A DNA stretch of 63,647 nt, taken from an uncultured Muribaculaceae bacterium. GTDB taxonomy: Bacteria > Cyanobacteriota > Vampirovibrionia > Gastranaerophilales > Gastranaerophilaceae. Positions 9,086 to 19,622 of the stretch are shown piece by piece (position 1 is the stretch's first letter; each line of letters starts with the position of its first letter). Location: positions 1 to 63,647 of the forward strand of contig CAYLHN010000001.1 of assembly GCA_964383455.1 (NCBI GenBank), read 5' to 3'. The notes beneath the pieces were generated by a model. That model was not told where the DNA came from. It made no database searches and saw only the letters and a list, made by a program, of their open reading frames with translations. The translations under genes were made by a program, and so were the position numbers.

Positions 9086-9289
9086 ATGATTAGTAATAAG
9101 CTATCTGAAATACTTGGAAGAAAAAGAATTAAAAAATCTGAATTATCCCAATTAGCTGGAATAAGCTATAGCTCAGTGAAAAAAATATATTCAAATAAAA
9201 CCAAAGGTATTGAATTTGAAACCTTAAACAAATTATGCAATTTTTTGGAATGTACTCCAAATGATATTTTTGAATTTACGCCTGACTGA
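9086..9289 (+). CDS. XRE/Cro-C1 family helix-turn-helix transcriptional regulator
   Basis: KKSELSQLAGISYSSVKKIYSNKTKGIEFETLNKLCNFLECTPNDIFEF is a typical short HTH_XRE (YozG-like) protein. Confidence 0.85.
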   Translation: MISNKLSEILGRKRIKKSELSQLAGISYSSVKKIYSNKTKGIEFETLNKLCNFLECTPNDIFEFTPD

Positions 9290-9391
9290 GTTAGAATTAA
9301 ATAATAGTACATTGAAATGATATAAACAGAACAGGTGGACACCATTCCAAATTAATCGAAATTGACTATATTTCGGGAAAGGAGGAGGCCT

Positions 9392-9502
9392 ATGGCTAAC
9401 ATGATACTGGCATTATGTTTTTTTATAATATCATTATTATTAAAACAACAAAAACTAGCGTTCATGATTGCCGTCGTAACGCTAGTTTTATTTAAAAAAT
9501 AG
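9392..9502 (+). CDS. Candidate 36-aa hydrophobic peptide (type I toxin-like)
   Basis: Not in the ORF track because it is too short. Translation is MANMILALCFFIISLLLKQQKLAFMIAVVTLVLFKK. A strong SD (gggaaaggaggaggcctATG) stands out in an otherwise AT-rich gap. Confidence 0.35.
   Translation: MANMILALCFFIISLLLKQQKLAFMIAVVTLVLFKK
9443..9493. terminator. Bidirectional hairpin terminator (ctagcgtt/aacgctag) flanked by an A-run and a T-run
   Basis: The 8-bp stem (9455-9462 / 9478-9485) has a 15-nt loop. ttttattt follows on the plus strand and tttttgttgtttt on the minus strand. It could end the uppP operon transcript and/or the small-ORF transcript. Confidence 0.5.
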
Positions 9503-9615
9503 AAACTGTGGTGTTAAAATATAATCATTGATTATTGCCACCTGTTCTACTTATATTATTACATATTTTTTTAAAATTTCAACCCATGAAATTAAGCAAA
9601 TATTATTACCTAAAT

Positions 9616-10476
9616 TTATGACATGTTTGAGCCATAATACAATCCTGTAAAAAATGTTATTACAAGCAAACCGGCTATAATACAATAGTATGCAAAAAAG
9701 TTCATTGTAAATCTTGCAACGAATTTCAAGAAATATTTAATACAAAAATATCCGACAACGGCAGACGTAATTGTGCCTAGTGTTATTCCTAACCAATTAT
9801 AACTTGCAAATTCTGACGGCTTAATTTCTAATATCGGGTAAAATATTGAAGCTCCAATAATAATCGGAACAATCAGTAAAAATGAAAATCTTGTGCTTTT
9901 TACTCTATTCATACCCAAAAATAAGCCTGCAGCGATTGTCCATCCTGAACGCGATAACCCCGGGAATCCTGCCAAGCCTTGTGCTAAACCAATTATAATA
10001 GCTTTTTTTAAATCTAAATTTTGAGTATTTTTTTCTAAGTGTTTTGATTTAAATTCACTAAAAAATAGTACAAAACCTGTTAAAATCAATAGCATAGCAA
10101 CAATTATAGGATTTCCGAGTAAATTTTCAGAAATATCATTAAGCGGATATGCAATTGCAACTGTGAATATCGTGCCGACAAGAATATATACGCCAAACAT
10201 TGCATTCTCATCAGAAAAATCTCTTTTATAAAGCGCTTTTAAAAAGGATTTTGTAATAGTCCATAATTCCTTCCAAAAATAAATCATAACGGCAATTAAA
10301 GTACCAACATGAAGCATAATACTAAGAAATATATGCTGACTTGTTACATCAAGAGAGGAACCTGTTAAAACAGCATATATATTTGCAGTAAAAACAATAT
10401 GTGCCGAACTTGAAATCGGCAAAAATTCACTTAAACCCTGTATAATACCTAATATTATCGCTTCAATTGTACTCAT
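9616..10476 (-). CDS. uppP: Undecaprenyl-diphosphate phosphatase
   Basis: SEFLPISSSAH motif and a multi-TM profile; 286 aa. Confidence 0.95.
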   Translation of the reverse strand: MSTIEAIILGIIQGLSEFLPISSSAHIVFTANIYAVLTGSSLDVTSQHIFLSIMLHVGTLIAVMIYFWKELWTITKSFLKALYKRDFSDENAMFGVYILVGTIFTVAIAYPLNDISENLLGNPIIVAMLLILTGFVLFFSEFKSKHLEKNTQNLDLKKAIIIGLAQGLAGFPGLSRSGWTIAAGLFLGMNRVKSTRFSFLLIVPIIIGASIFYPILEIKPSEFASYNWLGITLGTITSAVVGYFCIKYFLKFVARFTMNFFAYYCIIAGLLVITFFTGLYYGSNMS

Positions 10477-10841
10477 TATTCAGCCTCATAATATGTTGCG
10501 CATGATTCTTTTGTTTCCCAAACAGAAACTTTATATAATTCTACATATTTTTCTTTCATTTTATAATAAATATAATTTGCTATAAATTCGCTGCTTGGAC
10601 TTTCGTCTTTAAATCCGGGAACTTCATTAATATCTTTGAGGTCAAGTTCTGATAAAATTTCTCTTAAGTCTTTTTTCAAAGCTTTAAAATCGACCAAAAT
10701 ATTACTTCTGTCTAAAATATCTCCTTTGACTGTAACTTCTACAGTCCAGTTGTGGCCGTGTTGTTGTTCACATTTCCCGCCTTCATATTCTAAAAGGTGG
10801 TGTGCTGCTGAAAATTCTACTTGTGCGCTTACTTCGTACAT
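10476..10841 (-). CDS. queD: 6-carboxy-5,6,7,8-tetrahydropterin synthase (PTPS fold)
   Basis: SAAHHL...CEQQHGHNW...ESPSSEFIA pattern in a 121-aa protein. Confidence 0.85.
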   Translation of the reverse strand: MYEVSAQVEFSAAHHLLEYEGGKCEQQHGHNWTVEVTVKGDILDRSNILVDFKALKKDLREILSELDLKDINEVPGFKDESPSSEFIANYIYYKMKEKYVELYKVSVWETKESCATYYEAE

Positions 10842-10853
10842 TGTTATCTCCTA

Positions 10854-11381
10854 TTATTTTCCTTCTGATACTGTATATTCTTTTTTTATTCCTTGAGCAT
10901 CAAGAATAAAATCAGTTAATTCTCTTACTGCTCCTTTTCCGCCGTCTTTTGTTGAAACAAAATTACAAATACTTTTTACCTCATCAACAGCGTCGTTTGG
11001 ACAACATTTCAAGCCTACTTTTTCGAGTATGCAAATGTCAGGTAAATCATCGCCCATATATGATACTTGTTCATATGTCAGGTTATATTTTTTCATGATT
11101 TCTTCTAAAGCAGGCAGTTTATATTTTTGACCTTGGTAGAGTTCTGTTATGTGTAAATTTTCTGCTCTGTGTCTAACCGTTCCGTTATTTCTTGCAGTTA
11201 TAATTGCCGTAATAAATCCTGCATTCTGAACTCTTACAAGTCCATGCCCGTCTTTTACATTAAAGGATTTATACTCAACTCCGTTTTCGTCATAAGTAAC
11301 TTCGCCCGTTGTCATTACGCCATCAACGTCAAATGCCAGCAGTTTAATTTTTGCCGCTTTTTCTTTAATAATATCATTCAT
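10854..11381 (-). CDS. kdsC: 3-deoxy-D-manno-octulosonate 8-phosphate phosphatase (HAD-IIIA)
   Basis: LLAFDVDGVMTTG...FNVKDGHGL...YMGDDLPD, and the gene lies next to kdsD. Confidence 0.85.
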   Translation of the reverse strand: MNDIIKEKAAKIKLLAFDVDGVMTTGEVTYDENGVEYKSFNVKDGHGLVRVQNAGFITAIITARNNGTVRHRAENLHITELYQGQKYKLPALEEIMKKYNLTYEQVSYMGDDLPDICILEKVGLKCCPNDAVDEVKSICNFVSTKDGGKGAVRELTDFILDAQGIKKEYTVSEGK

Positions 11382-12352
11382 TATGCAATACCTGCTTTCA
11401 GTAAATCGTGAACATGGACAATTCCTATCGGTTTCCCGTTCTCATCAGTTACAGGAAGTGCAGTTATAGAATACTTTTCCATTAAGTGTAATGCACTTGC
11501 CGCATAAGAATCCGATTTAACCGTTTTTGGAGATTTTGTCATCGCTTCCGTAACTTTTAAATTTGTTACATCTTTATATTTTATAAGATTTCTTCTTATG
11601 TCACCATCTGTTAAAATGCCCGTTAATAAACCTTTTTCATCAACAACAATTGCCAATCCGAGTTTATGCTCGGATATTGTTTGAATAACATCCGTAAACA
11701 TTTCATTTTCTTTAGCAACGGGAAGATTTTCTGTGCGCATTAAATCTGAAACGTGTTGTGTAAATCCTTTTCCTAAAGCACCAGACGGATGGAAGATAAG
11801 AAAATCTTCTTGAGTAAATCCTCTTTTTTCAAGCAGGCACATTGCAAGCGCATCTCCTACAGCAAGTGTTACTGTTGTTGATGCGGTCGGAGCTTTACCT
11901 AAAGGACAAGCTTCTTTTTCTACTGATACATCTATAAAAATATCACTTGCTTTGCCCAGCGTAGAATTTTGATTACCTGTTAATGCAATAATTGTTAAAC
12001 CAAATCTTTTCAATAGTGGTAATAAATTTAAAAGTTCTTGAGATTCACCGCTGTTTGAAATTGCAATTATAACATCTTCTTTTGTTATTATGCCTGAATC
12101 TCCATGAGTACTTTCAGCAGGATGAAGAAAATATGAAGGAGTTCCGGTAGATGAAAATGTTGCTGCAATTTTTTTACCTATATGCCCTGATTTACCCATG
12201 CCTGTGACTATCACTCGGCCTTTGCAATTATAAATAGTATCAATTGCTTTTGTAAATTCTTTTTCATTTAAATTATTTTTAATTCTTAAAATAGCTTGAG
12301 CTTCAATGTTTAAAACATTTTTAGCCGTATCTATAAGATTAAGAGTTTTCAT
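11381..12352 (-). CDS. kdsD: Arabinose-5-phosphate isomerase (SIS domain plus tandem CBS)
   Basis: VTGMGKSGHIGKKIAATFSSTGTPS (SIS domain) followed by a C-terminal CBS pair. Confidence 0.9.
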   Translation of the reverse strand: MKTLNLIDTAKNVLNIEAQAILRIKNNLNEKEFTKAIDTIYNCKGRVIVTGMGKSGHIGKKIAATFSSTGTPSYFLHPAESTHGDSGIITKEDVIIAISNSGESQELLNLLPLLKRFGLTIIALTGNQNSTLGKASDIFIDVSVEKEACPLGKAPTASTTVTLAVGDALAMCLLEKRGFTQEDFLIFHPSGALGKGFTQHVSDLMRTENLPVAKENEMFTDVIQTISEHKLGLAIVVDEKGLLTGILTDGDIRRNLIKYKDVTNLKVTEAMTKSPKTVKSDSYAASALHLMEKYSITALPVTDENGKPIGIVHVHDLLKAGIA

Positions 12353-12469
12353 TTCTTTCTCCGTTTTTCTATATTATACAATAATCTCATACAAAAGTAT
12401 TAAATTAATACAAAACTTCAAACTTTTGTAATTTTTTGAACGAAAAAAATATTACAAGAGAGATTTTAT

Positions 12470-12751
12470 ATGTTGCAAACAAAAATTAAAGAAGATTTTA
12501 CAGAAAAAAATCCTGAAAAAATTTTGGAACAAATTAAAAAATCTATTCGCAAAAATAAATCTGCAAATATGACTATTGATATTTCAATGTTAAATCCGAT
12601 TGAAGCATCAAAAATTGCAACTCTTGCATCAACTTATCACTTTTTAAAATTCGATAATTCAAAAATAAATTGGATAGTTTGTTCCAAAGAGGTTGAAAAA
12701 CTTACAAAACCTTTTAATCTTGGCAACTGTCAATTTGTTTACAATATTTAG
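12470..12751 (+). CDS. Hypothetical protein (93 aa)
   Basis: A clean ORF in an intergenic slot; no motif recognised. Confidence 0.4.
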   Translation: MLQTKIKEDFTEKNPEKILEQIKKSIRKNKSANMTIDISMLNPIEASKIATLASTYHFLKFDNSKINWIVCSKEVEKLTKPFNLGNCQFVYNI

Positions 12752-12796
12752 TTTTTTATAAATATTTTTTTTGGTACAATATCATAAAATGATTAG

Positions 12797-14797
<2,001 letters not shown>

Positions 14798-14821
14798 CCC
14801 TTCGGACTTGTGCCGAAAGGG
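14798..14821 (+). other. Hairpin cccttcgg/ccgaaaggg immediately after the ligA stop codon
   Basis: 8-9 bp GC-rich stem with no T-run. It may be an RNA stabiliser or a weak terminator. Confidence 0.4.
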
Positions 14822-14845
14822 ACAAGGAGAGAAGGAAACAAATTT

Positions 14846-15121
14846 ATGAACAAAAATTTCAGAATAATCGACGTAAACGGTTTTAGAGGTTTAGCATTAT
14901 TCGTATTTATTGTAGGATGTCTGGCATGCGGTTTTATCGCTTTTCCCGGATATGTATCAATGATGTTATGGAATGCATTTGCACCGTCAGTATCTTTACC
15001 TGAAATTAATTTGTTGCAAGGTATTTTATTATGGGCAATTATAGCCTTTATGATTTATATGTTTAGCAACCACAAAGTTGTTATTGTTATGCAATCACGC
15101 AAAAAATTGTCTAAAGATTAA
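14846..15121 (+). CDS. Small membrane protein (two predicted TM helices)
   Basis: I chose the ATG at 14846 because aggagagaaggaaac lies upstream as an SD. Hydrophobic stretches are LALFVFIVGCLACGFIAF and GILLWAIIAFMIYMF. Confidence 0.5.
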   Translation: MNKNFRIIDVNGFRGLALFVFIVGCLACGFIAFPGYVSMMLWNAFAPSVSLPEINLLQGILLWAIIAFMIYMFSNHKVVIVMQSRKKLSKD

Positions 15122-15126
15122 TTGAT

Positions 15127-15170
15127 AAAATCCTTCTTTTGATTTACACTTGTAGAAAAGGAAGGATTTT
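15127..15170 (+). terminator. Hairpin (aaaatccttctttt/aaaaggaaggatttt) plus T-run, overlapping the SD of the next gene
   Basis: About 10-13 bp stem with one bulge, followed by ttttt. Confidence 0.45.
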
Positions 15171-15174
15171 TATT

Positions 15175-15912
15175 ATGAAAAAAAGTTTTATTATTATTGC
15201 CGCATTCTTAATGATTATTTTAACGGCAGGTTTTGTATGCGCACTTGATAATGGTGTTATAGATATCAGTCTTTCAGGTACAAAAGAAATTTCACCTGAT
15301 GCTTTTCAATTAACTTTTGGGGTTGAAACTCAAAATACCGATGCTCAAAAAGCAATCGCAGAAAACAAAGAACATTCGGAAAAATTATATAATGCGCTTA
15401 AATCTTTGTTAAATACAACACGCGGAGACTATATAAAAACATCTAATTACAGTGTAAGACCAAATTATGAATATTCATCAAAAGGTAAAAGAACATTAAA
15501 AGATTATACCGTATTCAATTCGGTTGTTGTTTATGTAAAAGATATTTCTATGGTATCAAAATACGTTAATATAGCGGCAACAAAAGGTGTAACGCAGGTA
15601 AATAATCTTGTTTTTAAAACTACGGCTTATGAAAATGAATGTAATGCACTTTTAGGTGAATTAACAGGTCGCGCAAAAAGCAGAGCAAATGCAAGCTTAA
15701 AACCTTTGGGTTTACAGGTTATTGCTCTTAAAAATTTGAGTACAAGCTGTTCTGAATCATCAAATTATCCTATGGTAAATTTTGCGAGAAAATCTGCCGC
15801 TTTAGGTGCTACGGCTGATGGTGCAGCAGAAGAATCAGCACCTGTTGAAGCAGGTAAAACAATTCTGAGAGCAAATATTAATTCCACATTCTATGTAGGA
15901 ACAAGAAAATAA
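15175..15912 (+). CDS. SIMPL/DUF541-like secreted protein
   Basis: I chose the ATG at 15175 (MKKSFIIIAAFLMIIL signal peptide) preceded by an aaggaagga SD. The overall pattern resembles the 26-kDa periplasmic SIMPL family. Confidence 0.6.
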   Translation: MKKSFIIIAAFLMIILTAGFVCALDNGVIDISLSGTKEISPDAFQLTFGVETQNTDAQKAIAENKEHSEKLYNALKSLLNTTRGDYIKTSNYSVRPNYEYSSKGKRTLKDYTVFNSVVVYVKDISMVSKYVNIAATKGVTQVNNLVFKTTAYENECNALLGELTGRAKSRANASLKPLGLQVIALKNLSTSCSESSNYPMVNFARKSAALGATADGAAEESAPVEAGKTILRANINSTFYVGTRK

Positions 15913-15925
15913 TTTATTTGTAACG

Positions 15926-15961
15926 AAAAAGCGGCGCAGGTTATATCTGCGCCGCTTTTTT
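15926..15961. terminator. Bidirectional terminator aaaaagcggcgcag...ctgcgccgcttttt
   Basis: A perfect GC-rich stem with A-runs and T-runs on both sides, between convergent genes. Confidence 0.85.
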
Positions 15962-15970
15962 ATGTATATT

Positions 15971-16297
15971 TTAAAACGATTTTTTATTAAAAAATATTCC
16001 TGTTTCCGTAACTTCTTCGTACAGTTCAGTATCTTTTTTAAATTCTTTAATTGTAAGCGGGTGCAAATCTATAAATACATCAAAACTTTCTTCAACTTTA
16101 CCTACAACACGCCAAATATGTTCGCGTTGAGTTTTGTCCTGTTCTTTTTCAAAAATAGCAACTAATTCAATATCTTCATCTTCATGCATTTTTCCGTCAA
16201 GATAAGTGCCAAACAGATATAAACCGTCAAAATCTTCAAAAGTGGTTTTTAATGATTTTATTAATTCTGTAATAATTTCGTCAAGTTTATTTGACAT
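15971..16297 (-). CDS. Minimal nucleotidyltransferase (MNT-like, Pol-beta superfamily)
   Basis: LYLFGTYLDGKMHEDEDIELVAIF fits a G[ST]-x-...D-x-D-type motif. The protein is 108 aa and the gene overlaps the hisS 3' end by 11 nt. Confidence 0.6.
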   Translation of the reverse strand: MSNKLDEIITELIKSLKTTFEDFDGLYLFGTYLDGKMHEDEDIELVAIFEKEQDKTQREHIWRVVGKVEESFDVFIDLHPLTIKEFKKDTELYEEVTETGIFFNKKSF

Positions 16298-17534
16298 TTG
16301 TCAAAACTCCTTTTAGTTCCTCAATTTTTACAGAAACTTGTGTTGAATTTTCAAGATTTTTTACAGAAATATTGTTATTGCTTATTTCATCTTCGCCCAA
16401 AATAAGAGCGTATTTTGCAAGTTTAGATGCTTTTTCTAATTGTTTTGTAAATTTTTTACAAGTCATGTCAAAATCGACTTTTATATTTTCTTTTCTCAAA
16501 TAATTTACAAGTTTCATTGTTTCCTGAGTATTTGTTGAAACAACGTAAGCATCAAGTTTTTGTGGTTCTCGGGAAGGAAGAAGGGAAATTAATCTTTCCA
16601 TGCCCATTGCAAATCCAACGGCAGGAGTATCTTCACCGCCCAAATTCCTTACTAAGCTGTCATATCTTCCGCCGCCGCAAACTGCGTTTTGTGAACCTAA
16701 ATTGTTAGATTTAATTTCAAAAACCGTTCTGTTATAGTAGTCTAAACCTCTTACAAGAAGTTTATTTACTGAGTATTTAATACCCAAAGTTTCTAAATAA
16801 GATTTTACCGCTTCAAAATGTTCATGGCACTCAGGGCATACAAAATCTGATGTTATAACTTCCTTAACTTCAGGTTTTTCATAAATTTCTTTACATTCTT
16901 CTACTTTGCAATCAAGAAGTCTAAGCGGATTTTTTTCATAGCGCTTTTGACAGTCGGGACAAAGCTCTGAATAATAAGGTTTAAGAACTTCTTTTAATCT
17001 TTTTTTGTATTCTTCTCTGCATGTCGGACATCCAAGAGAGTTAATTTCTACATCTAAATCATTCAGTCCGATTTCATTTAAATAATTTACTGCAATAGAA
17101 ATAGCTTCTGCATCGGCTGTCGGTTGAGAAATTCCGAACATTTCCATTCCGACTTGATGGAATTGTCTTTGTCTTCCTGCTTGAGGACGTTCATATCTGA
17201 ACATTGGGCCTTTATACCAAAGTTTTACGGGTGCAGGGAGTCTGTGCATACCATTTTCTATATATGAACGCACAACACCTGCGGTATTTTCAGGACGTAA
17301 TGTTAAAGAACGTTCCGATTTTTCAAAAGTGTACATTTCTTTGTTAACAATATCTGTCGTATCGCCAACACCGCGAGCAAAAAGTTCTGTTGCTTCAAAT
17401 ATTGGGGTTCTTATTTCTTTGTAACCTGCATTTGAAAAAACTTTTTCTGCTGCTTCTTCTATAAAGTGCCAGCTGTCGATATCCGCAGGAAGAATATCTT
17501 TTGTTCCCTTTTGTACTGTAATAATCTTAGCCAT
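16287..17534 (-). CDS. hisS: Histidine--tRNA ligase
   Basis: Class II motifs (LRPENTAGVVR, MFRYERPQAGRQRQFHQ, GGGRYD) in a 415-aa protein. Confidence 0.95.
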   Translation of the reverse strand: MAKIITVQKGTKDILPADIDSWHFIEEAAEKVFSNAGYKEIRTPIFEATELFARGVGDTTDIVNKEMYTFEKSERSLTLRPENTAGVVRSYIENGMHRLPAPVKLWYKGPMFRYERPQAGRQRQFHQVGMEMFGISQPTADAEAISIAVNYLNEIGLNDLDVEINSLGCPTCREEYKKRLKEVLKPYYSELCPDCQKRYEKNPLRLLDCKVEECKEIYEKPEVKEVITSDFVCPECHEHFEAVKSYLETLGIKYSVNKLLVRGLDYYNRTVFEIKSNNLGSQNAVCGGGRYDSLVRNLGGEDTPAVGFAMGMERLISLLPSREPQKLDAYVVSTNTQETMKLVNYLRKENIKVDFDMTCKKFTKQLEKASKLAKYALILGEDEISNNNISVKNLENSTQVSVKIEELKGVLTNVK

Positions 17535-17640
17535 ACGAAAATGTTAGTACAAATTAATGAATATTTCAAGGTTATTAATCAATTTAGTTTAAAAACATTT
17601 TTGTGCTAACATATAAAAGATACAACTACAAGGAGATAAA

Positions 17641-17997
17641 ATGAATAAATCAACTAAAGAAGTTCTTTTGAAAACAATTTCAACATGGGATAATAAAAAT
17701 TTTGAAAGTATAAATATAGAAAAGCCCAAAGTTACAGTATTAAAAATAACAATTAATGAAGGCGAAGCTTTACCAATGCACAAGCACGATATTTTAAATA
17801 TTGCATATGTAAAAAAAGGAACATTGACAGTAACTTCAGACACTAATGAGCAAATTACCGTAAAAGAAGGTGAATGTCTGCCCGAAGTCATAGGTAAATA
17901 TCATTATGGTAAAAATACAGGTAATGAACCTGTTGAATTGATTGTGTTTTATCTTGGAGAAAAAGATTCACCTTTATCTGTTAACAAAGAAGATTAG
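17641..17997 (+). CDS. Cupin domain protein
   Basis: 118 aa with a GEALPMHKHD...VKEGECL... cupin-type pattern. Confidence 0.65.
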   Translation: MNKSTKEVLLKTISTWDNKNFESINIEKPKVTVLKITINEGEALPMHKHDILNIAYVKKGTLTVTSDTNEQITVKEGECLPEVIGKYHYGKNTGNEPVELIVFYLGEKDSPLSVNKED

Positions 17998-18007
17998 TTT
18001 ATTTAAA

Positions 18008-19312
18008 TTATCTTAAACCGATAATAATCAAACCTATCAACGCCGCAGGAAGTAAATATTTTAGACATATATCAAAAAGTATGCCTGATACTTTGTTATT
18101 TAGCAGAGTGTATCCTTTAATTTTCAAGTACCATCCTGAAATTAAACATAATACTAACGCATTAAACGGAAGCATTATATTTGATGTCAAAAAGTCTAAA
18201 GTATCAAAAATTGTTTTTCCGAATATTTTTATATTTTCTAAATTACCAAAAGATAACGTAGCAGGAATTGCAATTATAGAAATTATGAAAAACAATAAAA
18301 CACAAGCCTTAACTCTGGATATTTTTAAGTTCTCAACCAAAGTCGCACAAGGACATTCAACCATGCTGATAGCAGAAGTAACGGCAGCACTAAACAATAA
18401 AACAAAAAATGCAAAAGAAATCCAATTTCCAAAAGCAATTTGCGAAAATATTTTTGGCAAAGTTACAAAAGCAAGTCCAGCTCCTGAATTTGGTTCCATA
18501 TTAAACGAAAATACTGCCGGAAAAATCATTATACCTGCCAAAAGTGCAAACGCAGTATCTGATAAAATTATTGTATAAACAGATTTTACAAGAGTTTTAT
18601 CTTCCTTTATGTAGCTGCCGTATGTTAATAACGTTCCTGTACCGACGCTTAAAGTAAAAAATGCCTGTCCTAAAGCCGCTAAAAATAAATGTGAATTTAA
18701 TTTTGTAAAATCAGGTTTGAACATATATTCTAAACCGATATTCGCATTAGGCAGTCTTAAAGAATTTATAACAAGAAAAATTAAAAGAACAGCAAGTAAC
18801 GGCATTAAAAACTTATTTACAGCTTCTATACCCTTTTTAACTCCTCTGGCAGTGAAAAATATACAAATAAATAAAAACAATATTGTTAAACAACAAGAAT
18901 ACACAGGCTGCTGAATAAATGAGGTAAAATATTCGTCATAATCCGTAATTTTGTATGATAAAAGGCTTTTAATAATATAATTTATAATCCAACCGCCGAC
19001 TACAACATAAAAAGATGCAATAAGAGTTGCCGTAATAGGATTAAGCGCTCCAAAATATTTAAATTTTGGGTTTATAGATTTATAAGCGCCGATACATTCT
19101 TTTTTTGTAAGTTTGCCTATATAAAGTTCATTTAAAAGCGGAACAAAACAAATAGTTGAAATAATTAAAATATAAATTGCTAAAAATATTGCACCGCCAT
19201 TTTGTCCCATAATGTACGGGAATCTCCATATATTACCTAAACCTACTGCGGAACCAACGGTGGTTACAATAAATGCATATTTTGATGTCCAAGACGGTCT
19301 GTTATTTTCCAC
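18008..19312 (-). CDS. Sodium-dependent transporter, SNF (neurotransmitter:sodium symporter) family
   Basis: GSAVGLGNIWRFPY signature and a multi-TM profile. GTG start. Confidence 0.9.
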   Translation of the reverse strand: MENNRPSWTSKYAFIVTTVGSAVGLGNIWRFPYIMGQNGGAIFLAIYILIISTICFVPLLNELYIGKLTKKECIGAYKSINPKFKYFGALNPITATLIASFYVVVGGWIINYIIKSLLSYKITDYDEYFTSFIQQPVYSCCLTILFLFICIFFTARGVKKGIEAVNKFLMPLLAVLLIFLVINSLRLPNANIGLEYMFKPDFTKLNSHLFLAALGQAFFTLSVGTGTLLTYGSYIKEDKTLVKSVYTIILSDTAFALLAGIMIFPAVFSFNMEPNSGAGLAFVTLPKIFSQIAFGNWISFAFFVLLFSAAVTSAISMVECPCATLVENLKISRVKACVLLFFIISIIAIPATLSFGNLENIKIFGKTIFDTLDFLTSNIMLPFNALVLCLISGWYLKIKGYTLLNNKVSGILFDICLKYLLPAALIGLIIIGLR

Positions 19313-19622
19313 AATATCACCAGCTTACAAATATAACTTCATTGTAGTTATATTTAAATTCTATCATGAAAAATTTCTAAAGCAAGACTAGTTCGAAAAT
19401 GATTATTTTGATAATCGATGTTTTGTTTATATTTGTTAAGTTTTATTGATAAAGTGTATTTTGGTTGATAAATCTTATTTATCTGTGTATTACCCTGTTT
19501 ATATATAGTTTATTACGCAAGATGCTACAATTTTAGTAGGATATTTCTGCCTGTAGTATTGACAATAAGTGTAAAATATACTATTATGTAATGCATAAAA
19601 TAATTGAGTACGAGGTAAGGAA

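Noticed and set aside
15962-16165. A 67-aa plus-strand ORF overlapping the MNT gene.
   Set aside because: It starts inside the bidirectional terminator, is F/K/N-rich and low-complexity, and is antisense to a motif-bearing nucleotidyltransferase ORF.
19313-19622. Whether the 310-bp AT-rich divergent intergenic region holds a riboswitch or sRNA.
   Set aside because: I could find no stable hairpin, conserved motif or terminator. It is most simply two divergent promoters in very AT-rich DNA.
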